This document shows positions 59,578 through 64,000 of a stretch of DNA of 64,000 nucleotides, one piece after another (positions within the stretch are counted from its first letter, which is position 1; each line of letters begins with the position of its first letter). The position numbers and the translations under genes were made by a program. Under the pieces are notes generated by a model. It made no database searches, had not been told where the DNA came from, and was given only the letters and a program-made list of their open reading frames with translations. Source of the stretch: Parcubacteria group bacterium LiPW_15 (lineage in GTDB: Bacteria > Patescibacteriota > Minisyncoccia > UBA6257 > 2-01-FULL-56-20); assembly GCA_007375645.1 (NCBI GenBank), contig VMER01000001.1:69139-133138 (forward strand), read 5' to 3'.

Positions 59578-60142
59578 GCGCATCGGCATAATTGCCGAAG
59601 ATGAGAGCGATTTTGAATCATCGAAAATTCTTATAAGGCGGTTAACTAAAAAAAAGAATTTAGATTTTAGAAAAAGTCTCGCAAACGGTTGTGGCAGGTT
59701 AAAGAGGAAGGCACCTACTTTTGCGGTTGATTTAAAAAATAGAGGTTGTGATTTGCTAATTCTCATGCATGACTTGGACAAGAATAATCTTGAAAAATTA
59801 AGGACGGAACTTGGAAAATTATTGCGCGGGAATCCTTTTCCAAAATATTTTGTTTGTATTCCAATCGAAGAAATTGAAGCATGGTTTTTAAGTGATCCGG
59901 CTACCATTAAAAAAGTTTTTAAGCTTAAACGCACTCCGAAAGTTGGCGACGAACCAGAGAGTATTGATTCTCCGAAAGAGAAATTAGGAGAATATGTTTA
60001 TTCATGCTCGGGTAATGAAAAAAAATATATTAATACGCACCATAATGCGCAGCTTGCATCGCAAGTCTCGCTAGATTTAATCAGAAAGAAGTGTGGGGCT
60101 TTCAATGAGTTGTGTAATTTTATTCTGACCCAAAAATATTAA
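59564..60142 (+). CDS. DUF4276/RloB-like TOPRIM-fold protein
   Basis: IIAED.SD, HDLD, EIEAWFLSD, PESI.SPKE; overlaps the ATPase stop. Confidence 0.75.
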   Translation: MSQIKRIGIIAEDESDFESSKILIRRLTKKKNLDFRKSLANGCGRLKRKAPTFAVDLKNRGCDLLILMHDLDKNNLEKLRTELGKLLRGNPFPKYFVCIPIEEIEAWFLSDPATIKKVFKLKRTPKVGDEPESIDSPKEKLGEYVYSCSGNEKKYINTHHNAQLASQVSLDLIRKKCGAFNELCNFILTQKY

Positions 60143-60229
60143 AAACCCGTTTATTTCTTGGAAAAGTTTGACATCGCCCGCGCGGATTGATAATCTGCGG
60201 CCAGTATCGATTGAAAGGGGAGACAGGCA

Positions 60230-60496
60230 ATGAGCCACAAGAATCCGACCGGTTGTTGGGTGTACAAAGGAAGCTACTCCGTGCTTCTCGCGGACGAGGC
60301 GGGCACCAATCATCTACCGCCAGGAGCGGTGTTGAGCGGTAGGACTGTGCGTGTTCAGGATGGATCGGTCGCTCAGTCGATGGGCGGCATCAACCTCTAT
60401 GCCGAGGGAATCTCTTTCGGCTGGGGCTACAAGGGCCTCAAAGAGATCCGCGATGGCAGAGGCAAGCTCCTCTGGCAGAACAAAGACTATCGCTGA
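60230..60496 (+). CDS. Orphan small protein (SD-led)
   Basis: TTGACA-17-TAATCT with TG extension; AAAGGGGAG. Confidence 0.65.
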   Translation: MSHKNPTGCWVYKGSYSVLLADEAGTNHLPPGAVLSGRTVRVQDGSVAQSMGGINLYAEGISFGWGYKGLKEIRDGRGKLLWQNKDYR

Positions 60497-60537
60497 ACAG
60501 ATTTCTGAATCGGCGGAACAGAGAAGGGAGAAGTTAC

Positions 60538-60765
60538 ATGTCCGAGAAATTCTCTGCGGGAAGCAATGTGCGTCTCTACGAAGGGCCAGCTTTCCACCGG
60601 GTCCGACCCATGGTTTCCCCGCTCGTGCACGGAGAGACGTACGTGGTGGCGGAGACCATGGTGAGTACATGCTCCGGGGGACAGGAGGGACAACTCGTTC
60701 GTGTCCATCTGCCCAACGGCTGTAGGTCCAACTGGATCGAAGCGACCTGGCTCTGCCAGGCTTAG
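60538..60765 (+). CDS. Orphan small protein, possibly SH3-like beta fold (SD-led)
   Basis: AAGGGAG upstream; terminator at about 60780-60808. Confidence 0.6.
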   Translation: MSEKFSAGSNVRLYEGPAFHRVRPMVSPLVHGETYVVAETMVSTCSGGQEGQLVRVHLPNGCRSNWIEATWLCQA

Positions 60766-60951
60766 ATCAGCTCTCTCAGGGCCTTCCGGGAAACCGGACG
60801 GCCTTTTTCATTTCAAAATTATAGCTTTTCATAATATACAAAATAACGGAGAAAATATCTTGACGTTCGGCATAAAAAGTGCTACTATCCTCGCATTAAG
60901 CAGCACCTTTAAACGGCACCTATGCCATAAAATAGGGGAAAGGAGGAGTCC

Positions 60952-61524
60952 ATGCTTCTCTCGGTTCTCGCCGCGTTGTTCCAAGTGTCCGCTTACGTGG
61001 CATATTTCGCTCAGGTGAGCGCCGGCGGATCAATTCCGAACCCGGCTTCCTGGAGCGTGTGGGCGCTTCTTTCCATCCTGAATGCCCTGACGTTCTGGAG
61101 GGCTTCGAAGGATGCGCTCGCAACAGCGCAGTTCTTCACCGGATCAGTCGCCTGTGTCATGGTTTGGACTTACTCGCTCATGACGGGGAAGTTCGTTCCG
61201 TTGGACACAAAAGCGTGGCTCGTTCTCATCTTCTGCTTCGTGGCTTGTGCGATCTGGTATGTGAAGCGAAGCGCGATTTACGCCAATCTCGTGATTGCCG
61301 GCATCTTCACCGTTTCATCGGTGCCGACTTTCGTGGGCGTGTGGCGAAACAGCCATGTGGAACAGCCGCTTGCGTGGATGTTCTGGACAACCGCATTTGC
61401 GGTTACCACGATCAACGTGCTTCGGCGAACCGATCGAACAAAACCGCGCTGGTGGTTCATCATGGCTATGCCGATCTATGGCCTCGTCTTCCACGGCCTG
61501 ATCGCCATCTGCGCTGCACGATAA
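60952..61524 (+). CDS. Orphan multi-TM membrane protein (SD-led)
   Basis: TTGACG-17-TACTAT; AAAGGAGGAG; PN..SW..W and PT....W..E....W repeats. Confidence 0.75.
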   Translation: MLLSVLAALFQVSAYVAYFAQVSAGGSIPNPASWSVWALLSILNALTFWRASKDALATAQFFTGSVACVMVWTYSLMTGKFVPLDTKAWLVLIFCFVACAIWYVKRSAIYANLVIAGIFTVSSVPTFVGVWRNSHVEQPLAWMFWTTAFAVTTINVLRRTDRTKPRWWFIMAMPIYGLVFHGLIAICAAR

Positions 61525-61537
61525 GAAGGGAGGATGT

Positions 61538-61885
61538 ATGTTCACAGCAAAGCGTTATCCGGAGGGAAAGTTCCCTCCCAAACGAGGCTCCAGAAGTATC
61601 TGGCACGTTCATTGCATGACAGGCGCCATCCAGGTCTTGAGGGACCTCGAGTTCCTGAAGGCTCTGGAGGACAATCCGCGTGACAGTGCCAAGATCCTTT
61701 TCGACGACGAATCCGAGGCGCTCGTCTCTCCCGGAGACGAACTTTGGGAGGAGCTCTTGAAGTTCGTCGCGGGGGGTTTCAAAATCGCGGTTTTCCCGTT
61801 CATTTTCAAGGCGAGGTACGTTCCCTGGACGGGCGCCCCGACCGACGCGAAGGAATTCGACGCCATTGAAATCAGGAAATCCTAA
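61538..61885 (+). CDS. Orphan protein (SD-led)
   Basis: AAGGGAGG before ATG. Confidence 0.65.
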   Translation: MFTAKRYPEGKFPPKRGSRSIWHVHCMTGAIQVLRDLEFLKALEDNPRDSAKILFDDESEALVSPGDELWEELLKFVAGGFKIAVFPFIFKARYVPWTGAPTDAKEFDAIEIRKS

Positions 61886-61911
61886 CCAACCGAACAAGGA
61901 GAGGAGAGTAT

Positions 61912-62271
61912 ATGCCGCTCGTTACCATCCACCACAAGTTCGGTGTCCCTCAGGAGGACATCATCTGGAGCCTGGCCAAGGAATTGCCGGAAATCGTCGC
62001 CGAGGCCCTGAATGTGAAGGGAAAACCCGAGGCGCATCTCGACCCGGGCGATGTGGAGGTTCGGATCTCGAGGCTCGGCGAGCACGACGTGAACACGCGC
62101 GACGTCGAGATCATCGTCACTGCGAACTTCTACCTCGAGCGCATGGCGAACCTCGAGGAACGCGAGGAGATGATCCTGAACGCCGTCCGCGACTTTTTCG
62201 CTGACTACGATTTCAACGTCTCCGGTTACGTCTGGATCGACCTCAAGCTCGCCGCATTCGGCGCGCTGTAA
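61912..62271 (+). CDS. Tautomerase/MIF-fold-like protein (SD-led)
   Basis: Pro immediately after Met (MPLVTI); beta-alpha-beta repeat pattern; AGGAGAGGAG. Confidence 0.6.
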   Translation: MPLVTIHHKFGVPQEDIIWSLAKELPEIVAEALNVKGKPEAHLDPGDVEVRISRLGEHDVNTRDVEIIVTANFYLERMANLEEREEMILNAVRDFFADYDFNVSGYVWIDLKLAAFGAL

Positions 62272-62363
62272 CAAGACAGACGCAGCAGTTCTTCATGGCC
62301 GTTCGGGAAACCGAGCGGCCTTTTTCTTTTGTAAAATTAGAACTTGTTATACTTTTATACATA

Positions 62364-63749
62364 ATGGCGGCGGAAATAGTTTTTTCGCTTTTCTCGGGAT
62401 TTATCTTAGGCGTTGTCGCGAGCGGTTCGGGAGTTAACATCTATACCGGCATTGTCGGATTTTTTATCGTAATCGCCGCCAGCTTTTTCTTGAGGCGAAA
62501 TCTTACAAAATACTTCGCCGTAGCTCTAGCCGCGTTTCTTTTGGGCTTCTTTTATTTTGTTTTATATGGGAAATTAGCCAGTGCGAAATATCCTAGTTTT
62601 GGAGTGAAAATCGCTATGGAGGTTATTGTCACGGGAGAAACGAGGATAAGCGGGACAGTTCAGCGGACAAAAGCCAAGCTGCTGCCACCATACGGCGGGG
62701 CGATAGATCTGGTTTCAAACGAAGGAATCCTTTTGGAATATGGCGACAGGATAAAATTTGAAGCCGCGCTTAACCCGGATAAGTATTCCACTCGTCCGGC
62801 GGCGAGAGTATACGCCCCGGAAATTGTTTCCAAAAATAACGGTTCGGGGCTCAAGCAATCGCTTCTGGGACTAAAAACAAATCTGCTCAAATCTCTCAAA
62901 GAAAATCTATCACCGCCCTCGGCCGCGCTCATGGGCGGACTTCTCTTGGGCGATAGGAATAGCTTTTCCGCGGACTTTAAAACCGCGATGAAGGGGAGCG
63001 GGACGACCCACCTGGTCGCGCTTTCGGGGTTCAATATAACGATCCTTGTAAACGCCATAGCGCTGGCCCTTGGCTCATTTTTGTCCCGCAAAATGCGCTT
63101 CGCGCTTTCGATAATGATCATCATCCTTTTTATCGTAATGGTCGGGGCGGAAGCGTCGGTCGTTCGGGCGGGGATTATGGGCGCGCTTCTCTTAATTTCC
63201 CAAGAGAGCGGAAGAATATATTCGCCGAGAAACGCAATAGCTTTTGCCGGATTTGCGATGACCGCTTGGGATCCGAATAACGTTTTCGATATCGGATTTA
63301 TCCTTTCTTTTGTGAGCCTAATGGGAATCGTATATATTCTGCCGGCCGTTAAAAACACATTTTTGCCGGGGAAAAATCCGAAAGGAATCGAGGAAGCGGC
63401 GCTTATGACCGTTTCCGCCCAGGCGGCGGTGTTGCCGATAGCCATAAAAACCTTCGGCGGGTTTTCTTTAACCGCGATAATTTCCAATTCGCTTATCACC
63501 GGTTTTGTTCCATACGCGATGCTTTCCGGATTTTTGGTTGCTGTCGCCGATTTCTTTTCGGCCGCCCTCTCATTTTTCTTCGGTTTTTTCGCCGAGATAG
63601 GTATGAAATATTTTATCTTTATAATCGAATTCTTCTCGCGGGTTCGTCTGCCCTTCGGAGATTTCCTAAACATTCCTTACGCCGCGGCAATTTATTACAT
63701 ATGTCTTATAATTTTTGTATATGCAGGGATTACCAAAGTTAAGCAATAG
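62364..63749 (+). CDS. comEC: ComEC/Rec2 competence membrane domain
   Basis: LLLGDR, SGTTHLVALSGFNI, SVVRAGIMG, DIGFILSF. Confidence 0.94.
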   Translation: MAAEIVFSLFSGFILGVVASGSGVNIYTGIVGFFIVIAASFFLRRNLTKYFAVALAAFLLGFFYFVLYGKLASAKYPSFGVKIAMEVIVTGETRISGTVQRTKAKLLPPYGGAIDLVSNEGILLEYGDRIKFEAALNPDKYSTRPAARVYAPEIVSKNNGSGLKQSLLGLKTNLLKSLKENLSPPSAALMGGLLLGDRNSFSADFKTAMKGSGTTHLVALSGFNITILVNAIALALGSFLSRKMRFALSIMIIILFIVMVGAEASVVRAGIMGALLLISQESGRIYSPRNAIAFAGFAMTAWDPNNVFDIGFILSFVSLMGIVYILPAVKNTFLPGKNPKGIEEAALMTVSAQAAVLPIAIKTFGGFSLTAIISNSLITGFVPYAMLSGFLVAVADFFSAALSFFFGFFAEIGMKYFIFIIEFFSRVRLPFGDFLNIPYAAAIYYICLIIFVYAGITKVKQ

Positions 63750-64000
63750 AACATTCGTTTTTGCCGCGGTCCTGTTGTTAGGACTTTGTTTTTTCGCGCG
63801 GGCAAATCTCAAGGCTTCCGGGCCTGCCACAGGGTTTTATTTTTTGGACGTAGGGCAGGGAGATTCCGAACTTGCGATTGCCGAAAACGGAGCGAAGATT
63901 CTAACCGACGCGGGGCAGGGTTCCCGGGTGGTGGGTGCGCTCGGAAAAATCCTGGGTTCCGCCGACAAATATATAGATCTGGTTTTAATTTCTCATCCGC
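63721..64000 (+). CDS. ComEC-type metallo-beta-lactamase protein, partial (runs off the window)
   Basis: Signal/TM then FLDVGQGDS, LTDAG, IDLVLISHP. Confidence 0.9.
   Translation, partial: MQGLPKLSNRTFVFAAVLLLGLCFFARANLKASGPATGFYFLDVGQGDSELAIAENGAKILTDAGQGSRVVGALGKILGSADKYIDLVLISHP

Noticed and set aside
6292-62271. Integron-type attC sites around the orphan genes
   Set aside because: No shared boundary sequence found by eye, only unrelated terminator hairpins, and no integron integrase in the window.
62660-63673. Long antisense ORFs (also 46128-46922, 53313-54116, 56061-56780, 17332-17961)
   Set aside because: They lie opposite well-supported genes and show no motifs of their own.
1-64000. 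CRISPR array or cas operon
   Set aside because: No regularly spaced direct repeats seen. The Cas4-like nuclease at 35040-35804 sits among housekeeping genes with no cas1/cas2.

Overview
Chromosomal segment of a CPR/Patescibacteria bacterium, most likely Parcubacteria. This assignment is inferred from the divergent unlinked 16S, shortened AspRS/RF1/SMC/HrcA and split ComEC. Housekeeping blocks (pgk, rnhA, rnpB, aspS, ndk, prfA, rpmE, 16S, rplS, rnhB-rpmF-nusB-rnc-smc, ychF, cysS-dnaB-recR, hrcA-grpE-dnaK-dnaJ, secDF, trmD, comEC) are interleaved with about 21 small orphan genes. Main observations: (1) The 16S rRNA has no anti-Shine-Dalgarno tail and many core genes look leaderless, yet the orphan genes carry strong SD motifs, usually with their own sigma70 promoters and terminators. 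(2) A 6.4-kb element sits in tRNA-Leu(GAG). It encodes a large serine recombinase whose C-terminus crosses the att core, so excision would swap its tail, plus an HUH rolling-circle Rep next to a CTTGATA nick motif and hairpin, nuclease/OLD cargo, and a second att-arm copy bracketing one cargo gene. (3) A shared non-coding module follows both tRNAs. (4) The recR 3' end is duplicated with synonymous recoding, and short palindromic repeats lie in RNAs and in frame in proteins. All calls come from reading motifs by eye; no database search was run.
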